Assembly (NCBI GenBank): GCA_045657425.1
Contig: JAZOTA010000045.1
Location: 48,705-112,704, forward strand
DNA: 64,000 bases
Origin: Eubacteriales bacterium
GTDB taxonomy: Bacteria; Bacillota; Clostridia; Oscillospirales; CAG-382
Direction of reading: 5' to 3'
Shown: positions 17,324 through 27,092 of the stretch, in pieces
How the letters are laid out: the number at the start of each line of letters is the position of its first letter
Position numbering within the stretch: position 1 is the first letter of the stretch
Notes under the pieces: generated by a model
Databases searched by the model: none
The model's input: only the letters and a program-made list of their open reading frames with translations
What the model was told of the DNA's origin: nothing
Translations under genes and position numbers: made by a program

Positions 17324-18730
17324 ATGGCGATAAAAGAAACCTTAACACGAGTTTGCGATATTTTTTCAAGTCCCGAACAGTTCGGCGGTAAGACTGTCCG
17401 TCTCGGCGGTTGGATAAAGACCATCCGCTCGTCCAATGCTTTTGGCTTTATTGAGCTTAACGACGGTACTTGCTTTAAGAATATCCAAATCGTTTTCGAA
17501 AGCGATATTATTGATAACTACAAGGAAATTTCCAAGCTTAATATACCTGCATCCATCATCGCAGAGGGCGTGCTTGAGCTTACCCCCGGTGCAAAGCAAC
17601 CCTTTGAGCTTAAGGCGAAGGCAATTGAGGTAACAGGCGAATCTACTCCCGATTATCCCATTCAGCCCAAGCGCCACTCCTTTGAATTCTTGCGTTCGGT
17701 TGCGCATCTCCGTCCGCGCGCAAACACCTTCAACGCGGTATTCCGTGTGCGCTCTGTTGCGGCTCAGGGTATTCACCGCTTCTTTGCGGATAAGGGCTTC
17801 GTTTATGTAAACACCCCCATTATCACCGCAAGCGACTGTGAGGGCGCAGGCGAAATGTTCAAGGTAACCACCTTGGATATGGATAATCCTCCCCGCAACG
17901 ATAAGGGCGAAATCGATTATTCCAAGGACTTCTTCGGCAAGGCGGCAAACCTTACCGTTTCGGGTCAGCTCGAGGCTGAATGCTTTGCGCTTGCTTATGC
18001 AAACGTTTACACCTTCGGCCCGACCTTCCGTGCAGAAAACTCCAACACCGCACGTCACGCGGCGGAATTCTGGATGATCGAGCCCGAAATCGCATTTGCC
18101 GACCTCGACGACTATATGACTCTTGCCGAGGAAATGACGAAGTACGTTATTCGCTACGTGCTTGAAAGATGCCCTGCGGAAATGGAATTCTTTAACAAAT
18201 TCATCGATAAGGGTCTTCTTGACCGCTTGAATGCGCTCGTTAACAGCGATTTTGTCCGTGTAAGCTATACCGAAGCGGTTGAAATTCTCAAGAACAGCGG
18301 CGTTAAATTCGATTATCCCGTTGAATGGGGCTGTGACCTTCAGACCGAGCACGAGCGTTATCTTACCGAAACCGTTTTCGGCAAGCCTACCTTCGTAACC
18401 GACTATCCCAAGGATATCAAAGCGTTCTATATGCGCCTTAACGACGACGGCAAGACCGTTGCGGCGGCGGATATGCTTGTTCCCGGTGTCGGTGAGCTTA
18501 TCGGCGGCTCGCAAAGAGAAGAACGTCTTGACCTTCTCGAAGCGCGTCTTGCAGAGCTCGGACTCAACAAGGAGGATTATTGGTGGTATCTCGACCTTCG
18601 CCGTTACGGCGGTGTAAAGCACGCCGGCTATGGCTTGGGCTTTGAACGTCTTATTATGTATATTACCGGTATCACCAACATCCGCGACGTTGAACCCTTC
18701 CACAGAACAACGGGCAGCGCAGAGTTTTAA
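17324..18730 (+). CDS. asnS: Asparagine--tRNA ligase
   Basis: 468 aa. ..[25 protein letters not shown].. and ..[12 protein letters not shown].. are class IIb AsnRS signatures. GGAGG RBS. Confidence 0.93.
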   Translation: MAIKETLTRVCDIFSSPEQFGGKTVRLGGWIKTIRSSNAFGFIELNDGTCFKNIQIVFESDIIDNYKEISKLNIPASIIAEGVLELTPGAKQPFELKAKAIEVTGESTPDYPIQPKRHSFEFLRSVAHLRPRANTFNAVFRVRSVAAQGIHRFFADKGFVYVNTPIITASDCEGAGEMFKVTTLDMDNPPRNDKGEIDYSKDFFGKAANLTVSGQLEAECFALAYANVYTFGPTFRAENSNTARHAAEFWMIEPEIAFADLDDYMTLAEEMTKYVIRYVLERCPAEMEFFNKFIDKGLLDRLNALVNSDFVRVSYTEAVEILKNSGVKFDYPVEWGCDLQTEHERYLTETVFGKPTFVTDYPKDIKAFYMRLNDDGKTVAAADMLVPGVGELIGGSQREERLDLLEARLAELGLNKEDYWWYLDLRRYGGVKHAGYGLGFERLIMYITGITNIRDVEPFHRTTGSAEF

Positions 18731-18777
18731 ACGCTTCGCTTTCGACACAAAACGCAAGCGTTTTGGTCGGTTCTAGT

Positions 18778-18896
18778 GAGATTTGTTCGCTCGCGCCACG
18801 CTCACCGCGTGCGAATCTCTAAGGTATAAAAATCCACGGGGTCCCCGAAAACGCTTGTCGTCTTTGGGGCAAAAGGCGCGTGTCCTCGATTTTTAT
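18778..18896. repeat. Hairpin-rich intergenic repeat element, copy A
   Basis: GAGATTTGTTCGCTCGCGCCA..GCGAATCTC hairpin, then AAGGTATA, then A/T-arm inverted repeat ATAAAAATC..GATTTTTAT. It shares the 14-mer GTTCGCTCGCGCCA and the same layout with 35977-36082. Confidence 0.55.
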
Positions 18897-18970
18897 GGAA
18901 ATTTTATTGAATATTTAAACTGCGGAGAAGCCGCATTATCGTAATAACCTTATAAAGAGGTATTCTTAAA

Positions 18971-20215
18971 ATGAACAAAAAACAACAGTTAATCGAACAA
19001 TTCGAAAAATATAAGGCGATGGGCCTTAAGCTCGATATGTCGCGCGGTAAGCCTTCGGCAGCGCAGGTTTCCACAATGGAACGTCTTCTTACTGCGGTAA
19101 AGACTAATGAAGAATGCTTCTCCGAAACGGGAAGCGACTGCCGTAACTATGGCGGTCTTGACGGCATTAACGAAATGAAGCGTCTGCTTGGTGAAATGCT
19201 CGGCGTCGGCTCCGACCATATTATCGTCGGCGGTAACTCGAGCTTGAACCTTATGTACGACACGGTTGCACGCTGTATGCTTCACCCCGTTGAGGACGGC
19301 TGCAAGCCTTGGTCGAAATATGAGCAGATCACCTTCCTTTGTCCCGTGCCCGGTTATGACAGACATTTTGCTATCTGCGAATTTTTCGGTATCAAAATGA
19401 TCAATATACCGCTTAACGAGGACGGCCCCGATATGGATATGGTCGAAAAGCTTGTTTCGACCGACGAAACCGTAAAGGGTATGTGGTGTGTGCCCAAGTA
19501 TTCCAACCCCTCGGGCTTTACATATTCCGCCGAAACCGTTCGCCGTATTGCTTCGATGAAGCCTGCGGCAAAGGATTTCCGCGTTTTCTGGGATAACGCT
19601 TACGTGCTTCACGACCTTACCGATTTGCCCGATGAGCTTGTTGAAATCTTCTCTGAAGCGGAAAAATACGGTAACGAGGATATGTTCTTCGAATTTGCAT
19701 CCACCTCGAAGATAACCTTCCCCGGCTCGGGTATCTCCTGCATCGCCGCAAGTCCGCGCAACATCAAGCGCATCCTTAACGCATTGAAGATTCAGACCAT
19801 CGGCCACGATAAGCTCAATCAGCTCCGTCACTCGCGCGTGTTCAAGTGCTATGACGATATCGTTGCGCAAATGAAGGTTCACATGAACATCATCCGCCCC
19901 AAGTTCCAAATCATTTACGAAGCATTTGAAAACGGCTTCGAGGGCTATGACAACGTCACCTGGACCATCCCCAACGGCGGTTACTTCTTCTGTCTTTCGC
20001 TCCCCAACGGCACTGCAAAACGCACCGTTGAGCTTTGTAACGAGGCAGGTCTTGTCGTTACTCCTGCAGGTGCGATGTTCCCCTACGGCATCGACCCCGA
20101 GGACAGCAAATTGCGTATCGCTCCCACCTTCCCGTCCTGCGATGAGCTTGCCGTCGCCGCCGACCTTTTAACCGTCTGCGCACGTCTTGCTATCGAAGAA
20201 AAATACGGTGAATAA
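18971..20215 (+). CDS. Class I/II PLP-dependent aminotransferase (aspartate-aminotransferase-like)
   Basis: 414 aa. ..MSRGKPS.. N-terminal motif, ..VPKYSNPSG.. and ..FASTSKITFPGSG.. (PLP lysine). Confidence 0.8.
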   Translation: MNKKQQLIEQFEKYKAMGLKLDMSRGKPSAAQVSTMERLLTAVKTNEECFSETGSDCRNYGGLDGINEMKRLLGEMLGVGSDHIIVGGNSSLNLMYDTVARCMLHPVEDGCKPWSKYEQITFLCPVPGYDRHFAICEFFGIKMINIPLNEDGPDMDMVEKLVSTDETVKGMWCVPKYSNPSGFTYSAETVRRIASMKPAAKDFRVFWDNAYVLHDLTDLPDELVEIFSEAEKYGNEDMFFEFASTSKITFPGSGISCIAASPRNIKRILNALKIQTIGHDKLNQLRHSRVFKCYDDIVAQMKVHMNIIRPKFQIIYEAFENGFEGYDNVTWTIPNGGYFFCLSLPNGTAKRTVELCNEAGLVVTPAGAMFPYGIDPEDSKLRIAPTFPSCDELAVAADLLTVCARLAIEEKYGE

Positions 20216-20230
20216 TTAAATATGCACAAT

Positions 20231-20266
20231 AAAAAGGCTCGCCCGATAAGGCAAGCCTTTTTTGTT
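20231..20266. terminator. Bidirectional intrinsic terminator
   Basis: AAAGGCT..AGCCTTT stem with an inner GCC/GGC pairing, flanked by A- and T-runs, between convergent genes. Confidence 0.6.
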
Positions 20267-20278
20267 GTTAATCGAAAA

Positions 20279-21253
20279 TCACGGCTCTGGTGTTATTGTG
20301 TATAAATGCAACGGCTCGCTTCCGTCTGCGCTGACGTTATATATATCGACATTGTTAAAAGCGTCTGCGACCGTTACGTATTCGATAACCTCGAAATCGC
20401 CGTCCATATCGACGTCGGCAATAAATATTTCCAAATTATCTTTCTTTATCGGTGTCCAATCGTAATTGTCGGATATCTCGACCGTTTTGCCGTCGATTAT
20501 CGCTTCGAGGGAATAGTAATAATAATTTCCCTCGTCCTCGCGATAGTCATCTGCTTTTGTAAACGACCAGGAGATAACCTCGTTATCGCCGTCGCAATCT
20601 AAATCAACGGTAAGCGAATTATCGCCGTGTTCCAATTTATCGGGGAATATATCAATACCGCTGTATGTACCGATAAAGCGTTTGCTTTCGGTCGGGACAT
20701 CCCCTTGTATTTCTGCGCAAACGTGAACCTCGCCGATAATCTGTTCGCCGTAGCAGCGGATGCTTCCCACGTCGACGTCAAACGTTTTTCCGTCTTTATC
20801 GCGAAGTGTAACGGTTTTTTCGGTGTCGATGATATTTGTATTTACCGTTACGCCCTGCTCGTCAATATGGTCAAGCAGGTGCTTTTCGTTATACCGAAAC
20901 TCGTGCGTGCTGTGGAAACCGTCTTCGTTGACCGCACAGATAATATACGCTTGGGTGTTGCGGTGGTCAGAAGTATCGAGAAAAAGTATTGGAATCGCTT
21001 CGATATCCTCGGTCGGGACAGAATTTTCGGGGTGGACCGAAGGCATATCATCGGAGCTTTCAACATCGAAAGAGCTTTCGACGGAAAAAGAGCTTTCTGC
21101 CTTTGAATCGCTGTCTTCAATTTTTGATGCTTCGCTTGATTCGAATGCGATATCGCTTTCAAACGCTTCGTTGAATTCGGTCGGTGCCCCATCAGCGCAA
21201 GCGCAAAGAATCAGCGAAAACGCAATCAAAAGTGTGCAAATCAGTTTTTTCAT
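20279..21253 (-). CDS. Lipoprotein of unknown function with FG-GAP/VCBS-like DxDGD motifs
   Basis: MKKLICTLLIAFSLILCAC lipobox, an acidic Ser-rich linker, then ..DLDCDGDNE.. and ..DVDMDGDFE... The start is set at MKKL, after AGGAGA. Confidence 0.6.
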   Translation of the reverse strand: MKKLICTLLIAFSLILCACADGAPTEFNEAFESDIAFESSEASKIEDSDSKAESSFSVESSFDVESSDDMPSVHPENSVPTEDIEAIPILFLDTSDHRNTQAYIICAVNEDGFHSTHEFRYNEKHLLDHIDEQGVTVNTNIIDTEKTVTLRDKDGKTFDVDVGSIRCYGEQIIGEVHVCAEIQGDVPTESKRFIGTYSGIDIFPDKLEHGDNSLTVDLDCDGDNEVISWSFTKADDYREDEGNYYYYSLEAIIDGKTVEISDNYDWTPIKKDNLEIFIADVDMDGDFEVIEYVTVADAFNNVDIYNVSADGSEPLHLYTITPEP

Positions 21254-21372
21254 AAGCGCTTCTCCTAATAAAAGTTTTTTTGCTTTCATATAACAAGACG
21301 AAAAACATACGTCTTTTGTCACATAAAACCAAAAAAGCCCCGATTTTTTTAATCGGGACTTTTTATCGATAA

Positions 21373-22995
21373 TTACTTATGAAACCACATGGGGTCGACA
21401 AATACTCCGTCGATAGAAACGGCATAATGAAGAACGGTTTTGCCGTTGGTAAAGCCGCTTTGTCCTGCGGTGCCGATAATTTCGCCGTCGGTGAGGGTAT
21501 AGCCGACACGGACGTTAAGGGCTTCGAGGTGGTAATAATAGGTATAGATGCCGTAGCCGTGATAAACGACAACCGTGTTGCCCGTGGGGGCAAGATTGCC
21601 GCTGAAAACGACCTCGCCTGCTTGTGCGGAGCGGACCGAGGTGCCCTCGGCAAGCTCGTAAACCACACCCTCGCAAACGCGCTCGCCCGTGTCGCCCGTA
21701 GTGTTGGCAGAGCCGAGGTTAACGGGTTGACCGTAGGTAAATGCAGGGGTATTGTTTTTATTTACAGGCAAATGCAATTCACTTTCGGCAAAATTGAAAT
21801 AATCGGTTTCGGGTCTTACTTCGGTCGCGCCCGAAAGAGAGGTTTTGAACATATCCATCTTCTCGGTGGAGAGCATTGAATAGTATTGTTCTTCGGTTAT
21901 TTCAATAGGAGTCCAATCGGCATTCTTGCGCTCGGTGATAACAACATCCTTCTTGATACTGCCGACACCGGTTGTTATTTCAAGCGAATGAATGCCAACG
22001 CCGTTGGCAAGACCGATAGGCAAAAGCGCAACACCCTTGCTGTTTTCGGTAATGCCGAATCCGATTTGGGGAATGCTCATCGAGGTCTTAAGACCTATCG
22101 TTTCGTCATTGTTAAGGTGAGTTGCATCGACAACGATGACCTCACCAAGCGAAAATTCGGTTTTTTGAAGCTCGACAATTGCAGGAATGTCGTAAAGGAT
22201 TTTGAACTTATATTTCGCCTTGCCCGATGCCTGTGCGCCGTTTAATTCGCTCCATTTAACCGTAAACGAAACGTTAAGAAGCGTATCAAACGAAAGATTA
22301 AGCTCGGAAATGTCGCTTATCGCATATTCGCTTCCGTTGTCGGCGATATATGAAATATCGGTCATTTCATAGGGGCGTACCTTGCCGTCGGGAGTGAAAT
22401 CGAGCTTGTTGTCAAGTCCTTTAAGGATTATAAAGGTTTCTTCACCCGTTGCAAGTGATTCGGGCGCATAGGTATATTCGTTTCCGTCGGTCTTGAAATA
22501 TTTCCATTCGCACTCGATGGGGTTGACGGCAAAGCGGTTTTCACCGCTTACCACCGAAAGCTCAGGAAGAAAATAATCGGCATAAAGATAATCGAATTCG
22601 CTTCTTAAAAGGAAATCCTTTGCCGTTTCGGTATCAAGCACGAAATATTTACCCTCGGGGTCGACAAGCAGACAACCCGAAAGGTTAAGCGAGGGATAAA
22701 AACGGTATTCCGAGGGCGAATCGCCCGAATAAAGGGTTATCAAAACCGGTATTTCCTTTGAAACGTCGCGCATCGCCGTCTTTATCGGAAGCGCATTCTT
22801 ACACATATCGACGAAAAAGTTAACTTCTTCCTCGGTAGTGAAGAAAATCTCGTCAGTCATAGGCGCATCGAATGTGACTCGGTCAACGCTGTCGAGCGAG
22901 GTATAGTATATCAAAAAGCATAGTATGACGGCAAGCGGCAGACAGAAAAACGCCACAAGCAAGCCGTTGCTTCTTTTTTTGCGGTTACGTGCCAT
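21373..22995 (-). CDS. Membrane-anchored M23 (LytM) family peptidase
   Basis: N-terminal TM after MARNRKKR. C-terminal ..GNTVVVYHGYGIYTYYYHL..GQSGFTNGKTVLHYAVS... GGAGG RBS. Confidence 0.8.
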   Translation of the reverse strand: MARNRKKRSNGLLVAFFCLPLAVILCFLIYYTSLDSVDRVTFDAPMTDEIFFTTEEEVNFFVDMCKNALPIKTAMRDVSKEIPVLITLYSGDSPSEYRFYPSLNLSGCLLVDPEGKYFVLDTETAKDFLLRSEFDYLYADYFLPELSVVSGENRFAVNPIECEWKYFKTDGNEYTYAPESLATGEETFIILKGLDNKLDFTPDGKVRPYEMTDISYIADNGSEYAISDISELNLSFDTLLNVSFTVKWSELNGAQASGKAKYKFKILYDIPAIVELQKTEFSLGEVIVVDATHLNNDETIGLKTSMSIPQIGFGITENSKGVALLPIGLANGVGIHSLEITTGVGSIKKDVVITERKNADWTPIEITEEQYYSMLSTEKMDMFKTSLSGATEVRPETDYFNFAESELHLPVNKNNTPAFTYGQPVNLGSANTTGDTGERVCEGVVYELAEGTSVRSAQAGEVVFSGNLAPTGNTVVVYHGYGIYTYYYHLEALNVRVGYTLTDGEIIGTAGQSGFTNGKTVLHYAVSIDGVFVDPMWFHK

Positions 22996-23136
22996 TAATA
23001 TTCCTCCAACGTCAAAAGCGACGTAAAAATACATATTATTACATCTTTATTTTATAACATACCAAAGCTTTAGTCAATAGTTTTTTTCTCGTTTAAAATT
23101 TCCGTTTTTTGGGAATAATTAACGCGAGGTGACGGT

Positions 23137-24540
23137 ATGAGCAATGCCTTTGACGATTTTAAAAATACAGTAGTTAATATTTTTTCGGATTGCGAGGATT
23201 TCGTTTGTCGTGAAAGCGGACCGGCGGGCGCAAGGTTTGCCTTGATGTTTATTAAAGGCATAACCGCGCGAGATTTCATTGCCGAGCGTCTGCTTCGCCC
23301 TTTACAGCTTGCCGATATGGATAATTTCAACGGCGATTTCGGCAGTATTATCGAAAGCCCGAATTTATCAAAGCCGAGCGATGCGAAAGCGGCGGCACAA
23401 TCGGTTGCGATTGGCGAGGTTATAATTATTGCCGAATGCAAAAACGGCTTTTTCGTAACGCTCGCAAATGCGCAATACACCCACGGCAGAAGCGTTGATG
23501 AGCCCGACAGCGACGTTACCGTACGCGGACCGAAGGCAGGCTTTGTTGAGGATGCCGAAACGAATATGGCGCTTATCCGCAAATATATCCGCACGCCCGA
23601 TTTGAAATTTATCCGCTTTACCGTCGGCAACGTTTCGCAAACAAAGGTTATCGTTTCTTTTGTTTCGGGCAGGGCTGCCGATGCGCTTATCGAGGATGTA
23701 AAGCAACGTATTTCAAACCTGAAAGCCACCGCAATAACCGACAGCGGAAACGTTGCGATGCTTCTTGACGGCAACAAAAACCGTTTTCTGCCCACCTACG
23801 GAAGCACCGAAAAGGTCGATAAGCTGGCATCGAAGCTTATGTCGGGCAGAGTGGCGATAATTGTTGACGGCAGTCCGTTTGTGCTGACTGTTCCGTTTGT
23901 TTTTGCCGAATGTCTGCAATCCGCCGACGATTATCTGCACACGCCTTATTATGCAACCTTTATCCGTGTTTTGCGACTTATTGCATTCGTTTCGGCAATC
24001 TTTGCACCTGCAATACTTTGCGCACTGGTAAGCTTCGATTACGCTCAGATGCCGCCCCGATTATACGGCATAATCGCCGATTCACGCAAGGATATTCCGC
24101 TTTCCTTCTTTTGGGAGGTCGTTGCGATATTACTGCTTTTCGAAATACTGCGAGAGGTTGGTGTGCGAATGCCACGCTCGGTCGGTGAGGCGGTGGGTAT
24201 AGTCGGCTCGATTATACTCGGAAACACTGCGGTCGAGGCAGGTATAGTTTCTTCGGTCGGTGTTATCACCGTCGCTTTTTCGGCGGTATGTGCCTTTATA
24301 ACGCCTGCATATATGTACGTTATAGTCATTGCGCGGATCGTTTCGCTTTTACTTGCCGAGCTTTTCGGCATTTACGGGCTTGGACTTGCCGCAACGGTTT
24401 TGTTGCTTATGCTTTGCGGAAAGAACAGCTTCGGCACGCCTTATTTGTTTCCGCTCTCTCCTTTTGACAAAAAGGGAATGCAGGATTTTATCTTTTCCTA
24501 TCCCAAAAAGACATTGGGCAGAAAGGAGCTTGACGAATGA
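23137..24540 (+). CDS. Spore germination protein, GerA family A subunit
   Basis: 467 aa. ..VDEPDSDVTVRGPKAGFVEDAETNMALIRKYIRTPDLKF.. followed by a C-terminal 4-5 TM region, typical of GerAA/GerKA. Confidence 0.88.
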   Translation: MSNAFDDFKNTVVNIFSDCEDFVCRESGPAGARFALMFIKGITARDFIAERLLRPLQLADMDNFNGDFGSIIESPNLSKPSDAKAAAQSVAIGEVIIIAECKNGFFVTLANAQYTHGRSVDEPDSDVTVRGPKAGFVEDAETNMALIRKYIRTPDLKFIRFTVGNVSQTKVIVSFVSGRAADALIEDVKQRISNLKATAITDSGNVAMLLDGNKNRFLPTYGSTEKVDKLASKLMSGRVAIIVDGSPFVLTVPFVFAECLQSADDYLHTPYYATFIRVLRLIAFVSAIFAPAILCALVSFDYAQMPPRLYGIIADSRKDIPLSFFWEVVAILLLFEILREVGVRMPRSVGEAVGIVGSIILGNTAVEAGIVSSVGVITVAFSAVCAFITPAYMYVIVIARIVSLLLAELFGIYGLGLAATVLLLMLCGKNSFGTPYLFPLSPFDKKGMQDFIFSYPKKTLGRKELDE

Positions 24541-25172
24541 ATGCCTTTTGTGCCTTACTGCCGCTTGCATCGGCATTCGTTTCGCTCTCCTTCGGCGGTG
24601 CAACCACACCCTTTGTTTTGTTGCAGAGCTTTGTGCTTTTGCCGTTGATTAAAGTGGTCGGAAGGTCGACTTCCCGTGTATTAACACCTTTGCTTTTGCT
24701 GTCGGTCGTTTTGCGCTTTGCATCGCTCATAACCGTTTCAAAGGGCGCTTTGACCATGCTCGGCGCGATTGTTTTTGCGGTTATCTGTCTTGCAATTTCC
24801 TGCGTTACGGCGGTCAGATCGGACACAGCTTTTAAGCTTGCGACACCCTTGTTTTTTGTTGCATCGCTTTTTGCGATTTTCGTATCCGTCGTTTCCTTTT
24901 CGACCTCCTTGCGTGCGCCGTTTGGCGATTCATCGATGGCAGAGATGATTTCGGCGTTCGTTTGCCCGATATCCTCCTGTGTTGCATTTTCCTGTTTTGC
25001 AAAAGTGAGCCCGATGAAACGCTTTTACGCTTCGGTCGTCGGAGTAATTCTTTGCGCCGTTTTCATCATTTTCGATGCCGCAGGTGCGGAATTTGCGTTT
25101 TTAAGCGTACCGCTTGCCGTTTTGGTTTCGTCGGTCGAAATAAAGGCGGTGATAAAAGGCATTAAAGGATAA
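24537..25172 (+). CDS. Polytopic membrane protein of unknown function, coupled to the gerA-family gene (not recognisably GerAB)
   Basis: 211 aa and strongly hydrophobic (about 6 TM). ATGA overlap with the upstream gene. Confidence 0.5.
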   Translation: MNAFCALLPLASAFVSLSFGGATTPFVLLQSFVLLPLIKVVGRSTSRVLTPLLLLSVVLRFASLITVSKGALTMLGAIVFAVICLAISCVTAVRSDTAFKLATPLFFVASLFAIFVSVVSFSTSLRAPFGDSSMAEMISAFVCPISSCVAFSCFAKVSPMKRFYASVVGVILCAVFIIFDAAGAEFAFLSVPLAVLVSSVEIKAVIKGIKG

Positions 25173-25205
25173 ATGCGTGAATAAAATATCTTCGGTGATG
25201 AAATT

Positions 25206-25790
25206 ATGCTTTTAACGAAAAAGAAAAGCTTTTGTATCGAAGAAGCGACGATTAAAAGAGAAGTGACGGACGGCGAAATTTGTCTTGTCAAAATAAATCT
25301 TCGCTATCCCGAGATCGTTTGCGGAAAAAAGGATTGTATGCAGCTTTTTGCAAAGGATTTTTACAAAAATATTGCCGAATCGCTTTCTAAATATGCTATT
25401 GATGAGATTGCGAAAAAGGCAAAAACGGTATACGATACAAGCCCCGAAAGCTTTAAACCCTTTTCGGTGTTAATGAAATACGAAATAACGCGGCTTGACG
25501 AAAAATTTCTGTCGGTAATTACAGACATTTCGGTCTGCGACGGAGTTAATCCGCCGAATACCGAGCGCAAAACGCAGGTCTGGGAAAGGGATTTCGGCAC
25601 GAAATGCAAGGCGCATTATTTTATGCCGAAAAAGGAGATGCTAAAAAAGCTGTCGGAGCTTTTGGAAAAAGACGAATTAAAGAAGATTGACCTTGAGCTT
25701 TTCGCTTTGCGCGAGGACTCTTTAGACTTTTTCTTGCGTGAAAACGGCAATTACAGGTCGGTTGCGCTTTCGTTGCAAAAAAACGTGTAA
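25206..25790 (+). CDS. Hypothetical protein (possibly DUF3298/DUF4163-like); no signal peptide or lipobox
   Basis: 194 aa with a GGTGA RBS. It occupies the position where gerAC would normally sit but lacks lipoprotein features. Confidence 0.45.
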   Translation: MLLTKKKSFCIEEATIKREVTDGEICLVKINLRYPEIVCGKKDCMQLFAKDFYKNIAESLSKYAIDEIAKKAKTVYDTSPESFKPFSVLMKYEITRLDEKFLSVITDISVCDGVNPPNTERKTQVWERDFGTKCKAHYFMPKKEMLKKLSELLEKDELKKIDLELFALREDSLDFFLRENGNYRSVALSLQKNV

Positions 25791-25873
25791 ATTTGCGATA
25801 TTTTTCTTTACTTTTCGGAAATAGTTTGATATTATTGTATTGTAAAAAACCTTCCGAAAAGGAGTTTTAAATT

Positions 25874-26929
25874 ATGGAACAGATTCGCATTGCTATACTC
25901 GGTCAGGGCAGAAGCGGCCGCGATATCCACGGCTTGCATCTTAAAAAGGACACCGAGCGCTTTAAGGTCGTTGCGGTCGTCGACCAAATGGAGATCCGCC
26001 GCGAAAGAGCCGCAAAGGAATACGGCTGTGACGTTTATGCCGATTATAAGGAAATTTTAAACCGCGACGATATCGACCTTGTCGTTAACTCGCTTCCCAG
26101 TAATTTCCACTTTGCGGTAACAAAGGATCTTTTAGAGCACGGCTTTAACGTTCTTTGCGAAAAGCCCTTCGTTCCCACCGTTGAAGAATATGATATTCTC
26201 GTTGCTCTTGCAGAAAGCAAGGGACTTAAGCTTCTCGTTTTCCAACAAAGCCGTTTCGCTAACTATTTCCTCAAGGTAAAGGAAGTTATCGCATCGGGCG
26301 AATTGGGAAGAATCGTTCACATCGGTATCCAGTTCAACAACTTCGCAAGACGTTGGGACTGGCAGTGCTGTCTTGATCTTAACGGCGGTAACCTTGCAAA
26401 CACAGGTCCTCATCCGCTTGACCAAGCGCTTAACCTTTTGGATTATTATGACGGAATGCCTACCGTATTCAGCCATATGGACCGTTGCAACACCTTCGGC
26501 GATGCAGAAGACTATTGCAAGCTTATCCTCAAAGCGCCCAACAGACCTATCATCGACCTCGATATTTCCTCGTGCGATGCTTACCCTGCTTACACTTATA
26601 AGGTAGAAGGCACACGCGGTACTCTTAAGGGCAATATGGCGCATATCGATTGGAAGTTCTTCAAGGAAGAAGAAGCACCCGAACAGCACCTTATCCGCGA
26701 ATCGCTTACCATGGGCGAGGAAAAGCTTCCTGCATACTGCGGCGAAACTCTTACCTGGTATGAAAAATCTTGGGACGGCGACCCCCAAGCACCCTTTATT
26801 GCCGCTGTTCAAACCTATTACGACCAAATCTATGCCCTCTTTACCGAAGGCAGAGAACACGATATCAAGCTTTATCAGGTTCGCCAACAGCTCGCAATCA
26901 TCCGCGAAGCACACAACCAGAATTTCTAA
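25874..26929 (+). CDS. Gfo/Idh/MocA family oxidoreductase
   Basis: N-terminal Rossmann ..IAILGQGRSGRDIH.. and ..VLCEKPF.. motif. AAAGGAG RBS. Confidence 0.88.
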   Translation: MEQIRIAILGQGRSGRDIHGLHLKKDTERFKVVAVVDQMEIRRERAAKEYGCDVYADYKEILNRDDIDLVVNSLPSNFHFAVTKDLLEHGFNVLCEKPFVPTVEEYDILVALAESKGLKLLVFQQSRFANYFLKVKEVIASGELGRIVHIGIQFNNFARRWDWQCCLDLNGGNLANTGPHPLDQALNLLDYYDGMPTVFSHMDRCNTFGDAEDYCKLILKAPNRPIIDLDISSCDAYPAYTYKVEGTRGTLKGNMAHIDWKFFKEEEAPEQHLIRESLTMGEEKLPAYCGETLTWYEKSWDGDPQAPFIAAVQTYYDQIYALFTEGREHDIKLYQVRQQLAIIREAHNQNF

Positions 26930-26939
26930 AAAAACATAA

Positions 26940-26970
26940 AAAGCAGGACGGTTTTGCCGTCCTGTTTTTG
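26940..26970 (+). terminator. Intrinsic terminator
   Basis: CAGGACGG / CCGTCCTG stem with loop TTTTG, then TTTTT. Confidence 0.75.
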
Positions 26971-27092
26971 CGTTTATTCGTATACTGTATAAAACGGCTC
27001 GCCATAATCGAAGCTAAAAAAATAAACCGTTCTCTTTTCTTTTGCATAAAATGGTTACAAGGTAGGTCATTATATATACGGAGTGATGCTTT

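Noticed and set aside
17366-18757. 463-aa ORF on the minus strand, fully antisense to asnS. There are similar long antisense ORFs at 34597-35856 (opposite obg), 37254-38285 (prfA), 3965-5086 (M23), 3032-3856 (S41 peptidase), 41165-42049 (fba), 18989-19909 (aminotransferase), 26132-26914 (oxidoreductase), 58426-59250 (SBP), 23070-23795 (gerA) and 53665-54435 (ABC).
   Set aside because: These are shadow ORFs. They have low-complexity, Arg/Cys/Val-rich translations, no RBS and no recognisable motifs. In each case the opposite strand encodes a protein with unmistakable family signatures.
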